Shown: positions 39,901 to 48,902, numbered from the stretch's first letter. The stretch: DNA of 64,000 bases from an uncultured Bacteroidales bacterium (GCA_964456825.1 CAYWCR010000011.1:5353-69352), one strand, 5' to 3'. Notes: generated by a model from the sequence alone, not told the origin. Program-made: numbers and translations.

Positions 39901-40863
39901 GGCCTGGATCAGATAAATAACCGCCAGTGCCACCAGTCCTCCAAAAACAGCCGGCAGGAAGATAAAAGGGAACAGTCTTTTTTTGCGTATGGAAAAGCTG
40001 ATGATAAGAAAAAGCAGGATAATGGTAATGGACAGGGTAAGCCGGATGTCTTTCTTTAAGCGTTCGGCATTCCCGACCGCAACAACGGCCGAACCAAAGT
40101 ATTCAAAAGTGACATGGTTTTGTCCGGCATCGGTGATCTTTTGAGTGGCCTGACTGAGTTGTTTGACAAAAACGGAATTCTGGGAAGTGGCACTGGATGG
40201 AAAAGCTGTGGTTAAGAAGAGCATCAGATGACGCTTGTCCTTGGAGAAAATACAGCCATCAATGATGAGGTAGTTATCATCATTTTGAAAAGCCCCGAGT
40301 CTTTTCATGGCGATCCCGCTTATTCCAACCGGATCACGCACGATCATATGTTTCATGGCAAAGCTTGCCGGTGATATCAGTGTATTGTAACTATTGCTTA
40401 ATGCCTCCCTGATTTTTCCGGGTGTGGTGAGGGTATCCAGCATTAAATAATCTTCTTCTTCAAGAAAAACAGGCAGATTCCGGTAAATGATATCCAAAAC
40501 ATCTTCCATGGCCGATTCGGAGATACGGAAGGTCATCCCGCTTACATAGGGTAGAAAGGCCGGGCTCTGCAAGGTATCAGCCAGCTTGCCGGCGTGGCGG
40601 ATCAGTTCTTCGGGGTCAGGCGTCCGGGTGGAATCAGCCAGAGAAACCATCACAATAATTTTATCCAGATACTTTGATTGTTCAATGATGCTGGTGATCT
40701 CAGCTTTTTTGTCCACGCCCGCTATCATCCTGGTTATGTCCTCTTCAAATCTGATCCTGGATGCCAGAAACAGGGCTGCCAGTCCTATCACAGTAATGAT
40801 GGCAAAGAAGATGATCCGCCTGTTCCTGAAAAAGTCGTACAGTAAAAGAAAAAATCCTTCCAT
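36973..40863 (-). CDS. triple-fusion protein: MMPL/RND-type exporter + PlsC-type acyltransferase + class I SAM methyltransferase
   Basis: Single uninterrupted 1296-aa ORF. Residues 1-~860 have 2 x (TM + large loop + 5 TM) MMPL topology. HX4D (H909-QSHL-D914) and FPEGTRS motifs mark the acyltransferase. VDIGCGYG (aa 1118-1125) and LGLDYD mark the methyltransferase. Confidence 0.85.
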   Translation of the reverse strand: MEGFFLLLYDFFRNRRIIFFAIITVIGLAALFLASRIRFEEDITRMIAGVDKKAEITSIIEQSKYLDKIIVMVSLADSTRTPDPEELIRHAGKLADTLQSPAFLPYVSGMTFRISESAMEDVLDIIYRNLPVFLEEEDYLMLDTLTTPGKIREALSNSYNTLISPASFAMKHMIVRDPVGISGIAMKRLGAFQNDDNYLIIDGCIFSKDKRHLMLFLTTAFPSSATSQNSVFVKQLSQATQKITDAGQNHVTFEYFGSAVVAVGNAERLKKDIRLTLSITIILLFLIISFSIRKKRLFPFIFLPAVFGGLVALAVIYLIQAKISVISLSIGTVILAITVDYALHITTHYKHKHSIVDTIKDVSFPIIVCGFATAFEFISLVFVSSESLHELGILAAISVITASFFTMVVMPHILDMTRGKEDETEEKNYLERVLDKITHYDFHKNKLLLLFMIMVTVVCSVFVNRVGFESDMMKMNYISRELSKTEEKLNKINNYKLNSVYVVAHGENLQQALLHNEKLVEEGNVFLQQKKVSSFSSPGALLYSDSLQRQRINRWNAWWTEDRKKSFMENFDQAAVQTGFKTASFGEFYHLVHKPYTILDSADFQRLQSYFYADNISTSSQLSTIVSVIKVDDLNKEPVTDVLKDMDGIVVMDRKSMLSGMVSTLGSDFNFIANVSLSLILVILILAFGRFELGFITFVPIFLSWIWTLGFMGITGIKFNIFNIIISSFITGLGIDYSIYIMQGLVQGYKSDNKNLLSYKTCILISVMISISGTGVLILARHPSLHSIALISVVGLLSVVLISYTFEPVLFHWLVSKNGKSRALPVTLSDVLLTVVTLCISIVLSIFMNILLILIFPLPLSSVTKKKMLRYAMMWCLKVPVYGMININKTIVNENKEDFASPSVIISNHQSHLDLPLLLMLSPKIIVLTTTWVWNNPVYALVIRYLDFYPVTGGYEGLVEKLKKKVEEGYSILVFPEGTRSPDSYIRRFHKGAFLLAEKLNLDIVPILIHGAGDCMNKGENHLKGGRITVKIFSRIKAGDADYGKDYHERTKTLLRFCRSEYGRMKTELETPSYFRKKLIRNYIYKGPVLEWYTRIKLSLEKNYALVNSCVPRDAKIVDIGCGYGMMSYMLCFTSEKRNILGLDYDSDKIELASNCISNNDRVSFVAADALAYNYPDADVFLLSDVLHYMPEAKQDQLLNQCIIHLNPGGSIIIRDADKDLQQRHWGTRYTEYFSTHFGYNKAVNKRLYFFSGKKITDFASRHGMNVEVIDNARLTSNKYYILKKASQRISIDAGA

Positions 40864-40866
40864 ATG

Positions 40867-42024
40867 CTATTGGCTTACCGCGTGTTTTCTCCTGAAGCAC
40901 TTCAGGAGTATGAAAGAAATCAGTCCTGCAAAGATGCCCATGATAGAGGCAAATACAATGCTCCCAATGATATATTGAAACAGATTATTTTCAAAAGAAC
41001 GAATCGCAAGGTTACCGCTGAAGCTGATGCGGCTACCCGTTCCCAAAACGATGCCCCCGGTAACATAACTGGCATACAGGATAAAAGGGATCATGGGAGG
41101 GATACTGATGTTGGCTGCGACAATGACGATGAATTTGCTCAGTTTGAATAAATGTGCCAGGGTAATGGCTGTGATAAGCTGAAAGCCCCAGATGGGGACA
41201 ATGCCCATGAAAATGCCCAGGGCAATGGCCAGCGCAATATTCAGATTCGTATCATGGGCCAGCAGAATATATTTATTGATAAATTCCCGGATATTCTCTT
41301 TCTTCAGGTATTTTAAAAATGAAAATGGTTTGGTATAAAGTAAGGCGATGATGACGAAAGCGATATTCAGCAGGCTGATCCGCGTAAAGTCCTTATAAGG
41401 TCTGAAATGGCTGATCCTTTCGTTTTTCGGGGGATAGTATACCCGGATCGGAACACTGACTATATTAATACCTTTCCAGGCCGCGCGGACCAGAATTTCA
41501 AGTTCAAATTCATATTTGTTGGTAAAAAAACGCATGCCGCTGATCCGGTCAAGCGGATATAATCTGAAACCCGTCTGTGTGTCCGGCAGCTTGATCCCGG
41601 TAAGAAATCTGTACCAAAAATTGGAAAACCGGTTTGCGAAACTGCTGCCTTTTGAGACATCCTTACCCTCCAGATTTCGTGCACCAACGATCAGGGATTC
41701 TGGCTCTTCCGTAATTTTATCGAGGAAGGTACTGATATCGCCGGCAAAATGTTGTCCGTCAGAATCCATGGTAATGGCATTGTTATATCCCGATGCTATG
41801 GCCAGTTCAAATCCTTTTCTGATCGCATATCCCTTGCCTCTGTTCGTGGAATAGGAAATTGTTTTCAGCAAGGCGAATTTTTGCAATACCTGTGCCGTAT
41901 TATCCGTGGAGCCATCATCGACGACAATGACATCCTTTGTGGTTTTCAACACGTCGGATATAACGCTATCAAGCGAACTGGCATTGTTGTATGTAGGAAT
42001 AATTACACAGGTTCTCATTTTCAT
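40867..42024 (-). CDS. family 2 glycosyltransferase fused to a DUF2062-like membrane domain
   Basis: IIPTYNNA, VVDDGSTDNT and a DSDGQH-type DxD region, followed by a C-terminal ~150 aa with 3-4 TM helices. Confidence 0.85.
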   Translation of the reverse strand: MKMRTCVIIPTYNNASSLDSVISDVLKTTKDVIVVDDGSTDNTAQVLQKFALLKTISYSTNRGKGYAIRKGFELAIASGYNNAITMDSDGQHFAGDISTFLDKITEEPESLIVGARNLEGKDVSKGSSFANRFSNFWYRFLTGIKLPDTQTGFRLYPLDRISGMRFFTNKYEFELEILVRAAWKGINIVSVPIRVYYPPKNERISHFRPYKDFTRISLLNIAFVIIALLYTKPFSFLKYLKKENIREFINKYILLAHDTNLNIALAIALGIFMGIVPIWGFQLITAITLAHLFKLSKFIVIVAANISIPPMIPFILYASYVTGGIVLGTGSRISFSGNLAIRSFENNLFQYIIGSIVFASIMGIFAGLISFILLKCFRRKHAVSQ

Positions 42025-42324
42025 TTATCTATGGGCAACAGGCCGATGTATGGATACGCGCATATAGGAAGAAAACAACAGGCGTCCTGAAGTAGGCATT
42101 TTCTTCTGTTTATCAATGATGTGAGGGGGTGCAAGTTAACAAATTAATTCATTCGGCTTTGCCCTATTGAAAAATTAAGCTGCTTTAACCCTTATCCCTA
42201 AAAATATACGGTTATTATTAAAACTTTTAGTATAATCAAGTGTTTTTTTAGTATTTTGCACCAATTTTTTTAAAATTTTTCATTTGTACTTGTATTAACA
42301 GTCTGATAATTTATATTTCTAATC

Positions 42325-43863
42325 ATGCTCAAGATAGGGGAACGTACCATTACCACGGAAGATTTTCAGCAGGTCCTTTACGGAAATGAAAAGATAGAGA
42401 TTCCTGAGTTGGTTAAAAACAGAATATTAAAAAATTTCAACTTCCTTCAGTCGTTTCATCAGGACAAGATAATCTATGGCATTAATACCGGCCTTGGTCC
42501 GATGGCTCAATACAGAATTGACGAAGACGACCGCATCAAGCTTCAGTACAATGCCATAAGAAGCCACGCTGCAGGATGCGGTCAGCCCGTTGATCCTCTT
42601 TATGTCCGTTCCGTGCTTGTCGTAATGCTGAATAATTTTCTGCAGGGTCATTCCGGTATACACCCTGAGGTTGCGGAACTGATCAAGGAAATGATTAACC
42701 GGAACATAACGCCATGGGTGCCTGAGCATGGAGGCGTTGGTGCCAGTGGTGACCTGGTGCAGCTGGCCCATATTGCCCTGGCCCTGATCGGAGAAGGAAA
42801 TGTACATTATGATAATGCTGTTATACCCTGTACGGATTCCCTTGCCAAAAACCATATGAAACCGATATCGGTCCATATACGTGAAGGCCTTTCCCTGATC
42901 AACGGAACGTGTTTCATGACCGGAACCGGGATCGTCAACCTGATCCATGCGAAAAATGTCCTTTCCTGGGCATTGCTGGCCTGTGCCATGATCAATGAAA
43001 TTGTGCGGTCTTTTGATGACAGCTTTTCCAAAGAGCTCAACCAGGTTAAATTACATCCGGGGCAGAATGCCGTTGCAGAAATTATACGGAATATATTGTC
43101 TGACAGTAAACTGATCAGGAAACGTGAGGATCATTTTTACAATCATAATCACGATGATAAATATATCATAGCGGACAAAGTCCAGGAATATTACTCCATC
43201 CGTTGTGTGCCGCAAATACTCGGACCCGTTTATGACACAATCCTGCAATCCGAGAAAGTACTGCTGAACGAGGCTAATTCATCCTGTGATAATCCCATGA
43301 TTGATGATGAAAACCAGAATATATTTCATGGCGGTAATTTTCATGGGGATTATGTATCCTTCGAAATGGACAAACTTAAGATTGGCATGGCAAAGTTATC
43401 CATCCTGCTTGAAAGGCAGATCAATTACCTGATGAATGACAAACTCAATGGCAAGCTGCCGCCTTTTGTTAACCTGGGTAAACTGGGGGTCAACTTTGGC
43501 ATGCAGGGAGCACAGTTCACAGCAACCTCCACCGTTGCAGAAAATCAGTCACTATCTTACCCCAATTATCTTCATAGTATCTCCAATAACAATGACAACC
43601 AGGATGTTGTAAGCATGGGGACCAATTCATCCCTGCTGGCAAAGAAGGTCATTGATAATACCTATCAGGTGCTAACCATTGAAATGTTAAGCCTTGTCCA
43701 GGCCATCGATTTCCTGGGTATCGAAAACCGGCTATCCTCATCAACCAAAAAAGCCTATACCGAAATCAGGAATATCGTTCCAAGGTTTGAGGAAGATACG
43801 GTTAAATATTTGGAGATTAGTGCAATAAAAGATTACCTTTGCAGCCACTTTGTAAAGCATTGA
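42325..43863 (+). CDS. MIO-dependent aromatic amino-acid ammonia-lyase (tyrosine ammonia-lyase of the flexirubin pathway type; HAL family)
   Basis: 512 aa. MIO precursor triad in GGVGASGDLVQLAH, plus YGINTGLGPMAQ, NGT and QEYYSIRC motifs. Lies in a polyene cluster and no hut genes are nearby. Confidence 0.85.
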   Translation: MLKIGERTITTEDFQQVLYGNEKIEIPELVKNRILKNFNFLQSFHQDKIIYGINTGLGPMAQYRIDEDDRIKLQYNAIRSHAAGCGQPVDPLYVRSVLVVMLNNFLQGHSGIHPEVAELIKEMINRNITPWVPEHGGVGASGDLVQLAHIALALIGEGNVHYDNAVIPCTDSLAKNHMKPISVHIREGLSLINGTCFMTGTGIVNLIHAKNVLSWALLACAMINEIVRSFDDSFSKELNQVKLHPGQNAVAEIIRNILSDSKLIRKREDHFYNHNHDDKYIIADKVQEYYSIRCVPQILGPVYDTILQSEKVLLNEANSSCDNPMIDDENQNIFHGGNFHGDYVSFEMDKLKIGMAKLSILLERQINYLMNDKLNGKLPPFVNLGKLGVNFGMQGAQFTATSTVAENQSLSYPNYLHSISNNNDNQDVVSMGTNSSLLAKKVIDNTYQVLTIEMLSLVQAIDFLGIENRLSSSTKKAYTEIRNIVPRFEEDTVKYLEISAIKDYLCSHFVKH

Positions 43864-43890
43864 ATTGATTAATTAATTGTCTGATTGATA

Positions 43891-44619
43891 ATGAAATACG
43901 CTTTAGTTACCGGAGGATCAAGGGGAATTGGCAGGGCTATCTCGCTAAAAATGATTTCATTAGGATATCATATATTGATTAATTACAGGTCAAATGAGGA
44001 GGAGGCCAATCAAACGCTGGCGATGATAAAACAGGAGGGCGGAACAGGAGAAAAGATGAGATTTGATGTTGCTGATCCTCAACAGGTTGAAAGTACAATA
44101 AACCAGTGGTGTGAAGATCATAAGGATAGCTATATCGAGGTGCTGGTAAATAATGCCGGCATCAGGAAGGACATGCTGATGATGTGGATGGAGAATAATC
44201 ATTGGATGGATGTCATCGACACCAACCTGAACGGCTTTTTTTATGTGACCCGGGCGTTGTTGAAAAACATGCTGGTGCATAAATACGGGCGTATTGTCAA
44301 TATTGTATCCTTGTCCGGCCTTAAAGGTCTGCCCGGACAGGTCAATTATTCAGCGGCCAAGGCGGCAGTGATCGGGGCAACCAAAGCGCTGGCACAGGAG
44401 ATCGGGAAAAAGAATGTCACGGTGAATGCTGTTGCCCCCGGATTCATCAGAACCGATATGACAAAGGATTTGAATGAAAACGAATTAAAAAGCCTGATAC
44501 CGCTTAACCGTTTCGGACTGCCTGAGGAAGTGGCTGAAGTTGTCTGCTTTCTGGCATCCGAAAAAGCATCTTACATCACAGGTGAAGTTATTTCGGTGAA
44601 CGGCGGGCTTTATACTTAA
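43891..44619 (+). CDS. fabG: 3-oxoacyl-ACP reductase
   Basis: SDR with TGGSRGIG, NNAG, and the catalytic S..YSAAK tetrad region. Confidence 0.92.
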   Translation: MKYALVTGGSRGIGRAISLKMISLGYHILINYRSNEEEANQTLAMIKQEGGTGEKMRFDVADPQQVESTINQWCEDHKDSYIEVLVNNAGIRKDMLMMWMENNHWMDVIDTNLNGFFYVTRALLKNMLVHKYGRIVNIVSLSGLKGLPGQVNYSAAKAAVIGATKALAQEIGKKNVTVNAVAPGFIRTDMTKDLNENELKSLIPLNRFGLPEEVAEVVCFLASEKASYITGEVISVNGGLYT

Positions 44620-44643
44620 CGAATTATTGTTTCTTGCTGCATC

Positions 44644-45867
44644 ATGATGAACAGGGTAGTAATTACAGGCATAGGGATATACTCCTCGATTGGGAAAAAT
44701 CTGGAAGAAGTAAAAAAAGCCCTTTATCAGGGAAGATCAGGTATTGTTCTCGATCCTGAAAGAAAGACCTTTGGCTATCAGTCGGGATTGACCGGTAAGC
44801 TTGACCGGCCACAGCTTAAAGGAATTCTTGACCGGCGCGCAAGGGTCTGTATGCCTCAGCATGCTGAATATGCTTATATGGCTACGGTCGAAGCGCTGAA
44901 AACAGCCGGCATATCACAGGAATACCTCGACCGGAATGATATCGGCATCCTGTTCGGGAATGACAGTTCAACACCACCCGTGATTGAATCTGCTGATATT
45001 ATCCGTGAAAAAAGGGATACCTCCATGGTAGGTTCCGGATCAGTTTTTCAGTCGATGAATTCATCCGTTACCATGAATCTATCCGTTATTTTTCATCTTA
45101 AAGGCGTTAATTTCACCATCAGCGGGGCATGTGCAAGCGGCTCCCATGCCATAGGGATGGGCTATCTGTTGATCCGGCACGGGTATCAGCAAACCATTAT
45201 TTGCGGAGGATCACAGGAGGTTAATCTTTTTTGCGTGGGTAGTTTTGATGCATTGGGCGCTTTTTCAAAAATGGAATCTGCTCCTGAAAAAGCATCGAGG
45301 CCCTTTGATAAAAGCAGGGATGGACTTGTGCCAAGCGGTGGAGCGGCTACCGTGATCCTGGAAGACCTGGATCATGCACTGAAAAGAGGGGCCCCTGTCC
45401 TTGCGGAAGTGATCGGTTATGGATTCTCTTCTGACGGGGTTCATATATCCGTTCCTGATGTGGATGGGCCTATCAGGGCTATTTCAATGGCCCTCAACGA
45501 TGCCGGAATGGACCCCGGCCATATTGATTATATTAACGCACATGCAACATCGACACCCATCGGTGATCAGAATGAAGCAAAGGCCATTGATCATGTTTTT
45601 GGCCGTTACAAACCCCTGATCTCTTCCACCAAATCGATGACCGGACATGAAATGTGGATGGCCGGCGCCAGTGAGGTCGTATATTCGATGCTGATGATGC
45701 AGGATTCCTTTGTGGCACCCAATATCAATTTCGAGGAACCTGATGAGATCACTGTTAAACTGAATATTGCCGGGAAAACCACCCCTAAGGAAATCAATAC
45801 CTTCCTCTCAAATTCATTTGGCTTCGGAGGCACCAACTCATGTTTGATAATCAAAAAGTATCATTAA
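44644..45867 (+). CDS. beta-ketoacyl-ACP synthase (FabF/B-like, elongating)
   Basis: Cys-His-His triad in GACASGSHAIG, NAHATSTPIGD and GHEMWMAG. Confidence 0.9.
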   Translation: MMNRVVITGIGIYSSIGKNLEEVKKALYQGRSGIVLDPERKTFGYQSGLTGKLDRPQLKGILDRRARVCMPQHAEYAYMATVEALKTAGISQEYLDRNDIGILFGNDSSTPPVIESADIIREKRDTSMVGSGSVFQSMNSSVTMNLSVIFHLKGVNFTISGACASGSHAIGMGYLLIRHGYQQTIICGGSQEVNLFCVGSFDALGAFSKMESAPEKASRPFDKSRDGLVPSGGAATVILEDLDHALKRGAPVLAEVIGYGFSSDGVHISVPDVDGPIRAISMALNDAGMDPGHIDYINAHATSTPIGDQNEAKAIDHVFGRYKPLISSTKSMTGHEMWMAGASEVVYSMLMMQDSFVAPNINFEEPDEITVKLNIAGKTTPKEINTFLSNSFGFGGTNSCLIIKKYH

Positions 45868-45889
45868 CTTTGCCATCATTTTATTATTT

Positions 45890-46138
45890 ATGAACAGGGA
45901 AGATATAATAAAGATCATCAATGGTTTTTTGGTTGAAGAATTTGAGATCGAGGAAGGCAAAATAGCTCCCGGTGCGCATCTTAAAAATGACCTCGGCCTA
46001 GAAAGCCTCGACTTTGTGGATATTGCGGTAATTGTTCAGAAAGAATTCGGATTGACCCTGAAGGGTGAAGAAATGACCTCTATCAGAACACTGCAGAATC
46101 TATACGATTACATCCATAACTGTATTCAAAAGAAATAG
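45890..46138 (+). CDS. acyl carrier protein
   Basis: 82 aa. Phosphopantetheine attachment region LGLESLDFVDI. Confidence 0.8.
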   Translation: MNREDIIKIINGFLVEEFEIEEGKIAPGAHLKNDLGLESLDFVDIAVIVQKEFGLTLKGEEMTSIRTLQNLYDYIHNCIQKK

Positions 46139-46144
46139 CTTAAT

Positions 46145-47044
46145 GTGGTTTCCTGGAAAGGCAAAACAAGGGGCGGACTGACAGGATATAAGATCTTTGT
46201 CAACGTCCTGAAATATTCAGGGCTTCCTTTTGCCTATTTTTTGCTTCGCTTTGTCGCCCTTTATTTTTTCATTTCTTCCCCGGGATCTTTTGGCTATATT
46301 TTTTCTTTTTACCGGAGAAGGCTTGATTTCGGATTTTTCCGCTCCCTCCTTTTTGTTTATCGCAACTTTTATAATTTCGGACAGGTGCTTCTTGATAAGA
46401 TTGCTGCCATGGCAGGGTTCCGGACCAATTTTTCCTTTACCTTTGAAGGAGAGAAATACCTCAGCAACATGGTGGAAGAAGGAACTGGAGGGTTGTTGAT
46501 AAGCGCCCATATCGGTAATTTTGAGATGGCCGGGCACCTGCTCGAACGGCTGAAAACCACGGTTAACATTATTATGTTTGACGCTGAACATGAGAAAATT
46601 AAGGAATACCTCTCCTCCTTTACCCAAAAGAGTTTCAGGGTAATCGTTATGAAAGATGATAATTCCCATATTTATGAGATCAACAAAGCCCTGGGAGAGA
46701 AGCAAATTGTTTGCATTCACGGTGACCGTTTTGTAAAGGGAAGCAAGGTAATGCCTGTTGATTTCCTGGGTGAGAAAGCCCTTTTCCCGACGGGGCCTTT
46801 TTATCTGGCTATGAAATATAACGTACCGGTATCCTTTGTATTTGCCATGAAAGAAAGCAAAGAACATTATCACTTTTTTGCTTCTCCTCCCAAATTCTAT
46901 CAGCAGCAGGGCATTCAGGCAAGAAGGGACCAGACCATTCTGACCATCATAAAAGACTATATTTGCGAACTTGAAAAAGCAATCAGGCAATATCCTTCTC
47001 AATGGTTCAATTATTACAATTTCTGGCAAACCGATGAGCAGTAA
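46145..47044 (+). CDS. LpxL/HtrB-family (lipid A biosynthesis-type) acyltransferase
   Basis: N-terminal TM helix and an HX4E motif in ISAHIGNFEMAG. About 300 aa, typical of the family. GTG start. Confidence 0.78.
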   Translation: MVSWKGKTRGGLTGYKIFVNVLKYSGLPFAYFLLRFVALYFFISSPGSFGYIFSFYRRRLDFGFFRSLLFVYRNFYNFGQVLLDKIAAMAGFRTNFSFTFEGEKYLSNMVEEGTGGLLISAHIGNFEMAGHLLERLKTTVNIIMFDAEHEKIKEYLSSFTQKSFRVIVMKDDNSHIYEINKALGEKQIVCIHGDRFVKGSKVMPVDFLGEKALFPTGPFYLAMKYNVPVSFVFAMKESKEHYHFFASPPKFYQQQGIQARRDQTILTIIKDYICELEKAIRQYPSQWFNYYNFWQTDEQ

Positions 47045-48392
47045 AAAGCTGATACTGGTCTCCGCTAACCGGCATACCTCTCCCTACCCCGTGTATCCAC
47101 TGGGAATATCCTATTTGAAGGCTTACCTCGCTGAAAAAATGCCGGATCTGGAGATTCATATCTTCGACTTCATGACCCGTTCTTTTGATGAGTATGCCCG
47201 TTTCCTTATGGATATAAAGCCCGATTATGCCGGTATTTCCCTTCGCAACATCGACGATGTTAATATTTACAAACAGGAAAGCTTCATATCCCATTATAAA
47301 CAGATCATTGACTATACCCGAAGATACAGCAAGCCGGTTATCATCATCGGAGGATCAGGATTTTCCATTTATCCGAAACTACTGTATGAAACCCTCGATC
47401 CCGATTTTGGCATATACGGCGAAGGGGAATTAAGCCTTCAGCAATTGATTACGGCCCTGGATAACAAGCAGGATTATTCGGCTATAGACGGATTGCTGCA
47501 CAAACGGGATGGCCGGCTGATTGTCAATAAGCGAAACCGGCATTTCAAAACTCCGGTGTTAACATTGGATGAAGGTCTTATTGATTATTACTGGCAAAAC
47601 AGCGGAATGCTGAACATACAAACCAAACGAGGCTGTCCTTACCATTGCATCTATTGTACCTATCCCCTGATTGAGGGGCATACCGTGCGCACCCTGAATC
47701 CTGACCAGATTGTAAAAACATTGTCCGATTTATATTTCAATAACCATATCGATTATGTTTTCTTCACGGATTCCGTTTTTAATATCAGCAATCCGTTTAA
47801 TTTTGATCTGGCTGACCGCCTGATAGCCGCCAACCTTAAGATCCAGTGGGGAGGGTATTTTAATTTCGTCAATATCGACCGCAGGCTATTAGAAAAACTG
47901 AAGCAGGCAGGCCTCCGGCATATTGAATTCGGCACTGAATCATTATCGGACACCATGCTCAAAAACTACGAAAAGCCCTTTACCGTAGCCGATATTTTAA
48001 ACATATCCGGGATATGCAATCAGCTGAGCATCGATTTTGCACATTTTCTCATCCTTGGCGGATATGGTGAGACCGAACAGACCCTTAACGAGACCTTTGA
48101 AAATTCAAAAAAGATAGAACGGTCCGTTTTCTTTCCTTTCATTGGTATGCGCATTTATCCCGGCACACGCCTGCACCAGATCGCCCTGCAGGAAAATATT
48201 GTCAGTCAGGAAGATCCCCTGCTCGAACCGGTATATTATGTATCCAAAGACATTGATCTTGCATCCCTGAAGGAAAAAGCCAGGCAATCGGGGAAACGAT
48301 GGATATTTCCTGACGAGGATATGTCGGAGATCATGCTAAGGATGCGGAAGAGAAACAAAAAAGGCCCGCTTTGGGAATATCTGGTCTCCTGA
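47034..48392 (+). CDS. B12-binding-domain radical SAM enzyme
   Basis: N-terminal Rossmann B12-like domain (KLILVSAN..PLGISYL) and the radical SAM cluster motif CPYHCIYC. The ATG at 47034 overlaps the upstream stop by 11 nt. Confidence 0.85.
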   Translation: MSSKKLILVSANRHTSPYPVYPLGISYLKAYLAEKMPDLEIHIFDFMTRSFDEYARFLMDIKPDYAGISLRNIDDVNIYKQESFISHYKQIIDYTRRYSKPVIIIGGSGFSIYPKLLYETLDPDFGIYGEGELSLQQLITALDNKQDYSAIDGLLHKRDGRLIVNKRNRHFKTPVLTLDEGLIDYYWQNSGMLNIQTKRGCPYHCIYCTYPLIEGHTVRTLNPDQIVKTLSDLYFNNHIDYVFFTDSVFNISNPFNFDLADRLIAANLKIQWGGYFNFVNIDRRLLEKLKQAGLRHIEFGTESLSDTMLKNYEKPFTVADILNISGICNQLSIDFAHFLILGGYGETEQTLNETFENSKKIERSVFFPFIGMRIYPGTRLHQIALQENIVSQEDPLLEPVYYVSKDIDLASLKEKARQSGKRWIFPDEDMSEIMLRMRKRNKKGPLWEYLVS

Positions 48393-48455
48393 TATCCCCG
48401 ATAATAAGATATAAAGTTCAATGCTCATTGCTCATTGTTAATTGCTAATTGTCCC

Positions 48456-48902
48456 ATGAATCCTGCAGACTATTCCATCCTCGACCTGATTCCCCAGCGC
48501 CCGCCGTTTGTGATGATCGATCAGCTGACGGAGGCCGGTGATAAATCTGCCAAAGGACGATTGTTTATCAGGGAGTCCAATGTTTTATGCCATAACGGAT
48601 TTCTGCAGGAGGCCGGCTTGATGGAATGCATAGCGCAAACTGCAGCAGCTTATACCGGTTATCTTCTGTTATCCGCAAAGAAGGAGGTCTCCAAAGGCTA
48701 TATCGGAGCTATAAAAAACTTTGTCGTTCATTCGTTACCGGAAGTCAATACCGAGATTCAATCGGAGATCATCGTTGAAAACGAATTGCTGGGCTATACC
48801 ATAATAACGGGAAGGATTATTCAGCAAAGTACAGTTTTGGCAGCGTGCGAAATGAGAATTTTGCTGGAACCGAAAGCTGAATCCAAACTGCCTCAGGCAT
48901 AA
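48456..48902 (+). CDS. hot-dog fold 3-hydroxyacyl-ACP dehydratase (aryl-polyene cluster type)
   Basis: About 148 aa. The N-terminal LIPQRPPFVMID motif and ...E..AQ.. are typical of APE/flexirubin dehydratases. Confidence 0.72.
   Translation: MNPADYSILDLIPQRPPFVMIDQLTEAGDKSAKGRLFIRESNVLCHNGFLQEAGLMECIAQTAAAYTGYLLLSAKKEVSKGYIGAIKNFVVHSLPEVNTEIQSEIIVENELLGYTIITGRIIQQSTVLAACEMRILLEPKAESKLPQA

Noticed and set aside
41749-42090. 113-aa plus-strand ORF spanning the GT2 gene start and the divergent promoter region.
   Set aside because: It mostly overlaps the well-supported glycosyltransferase on the opposite strand, and it has no motifs.
42325-43863. Annotating the MIO enzyme as histidine ammonia-lyase (hutH) of histidine catabolism.
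   Set aside because: No hutU/hutI/hutG genes are adjacent, and the gene heads a polyene-pigment operon. A starter-unit ammonia-lyase role is more consistent, though substrate specificity remains unproven (see finding).
46217-47029. 270-aa ORF antisense to the LpxL-type acyltransferase. Similar long antisense ORFs occur at 13859..14443, 13656..14180, 34279..34905, 42427..42948, 50927..51439, 14852..15349, 15483..15944, 24333..24818 and 55091..55573.
   Set aside because: Each lies entirely inside, and opposite to, a gene with strong family motifs. Their translations are low-complexity or Ser/Pro/Arg-rich with no motifs. They are classic shadow ORFs.
48424-48451. Four tandem heptamers (CTCATTG CTCATTG TTAATTG CTAATTG) immediately upstream of the dehydratase ATG. 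I considered them as a possible phase-variable repeat or regulator site.
   Set aside because: The units are not identical and there are only four copies, so slipped-strand variation is unlikely. It may simply be an AT-rich spacer. Worth a glance only if population data show length variation.
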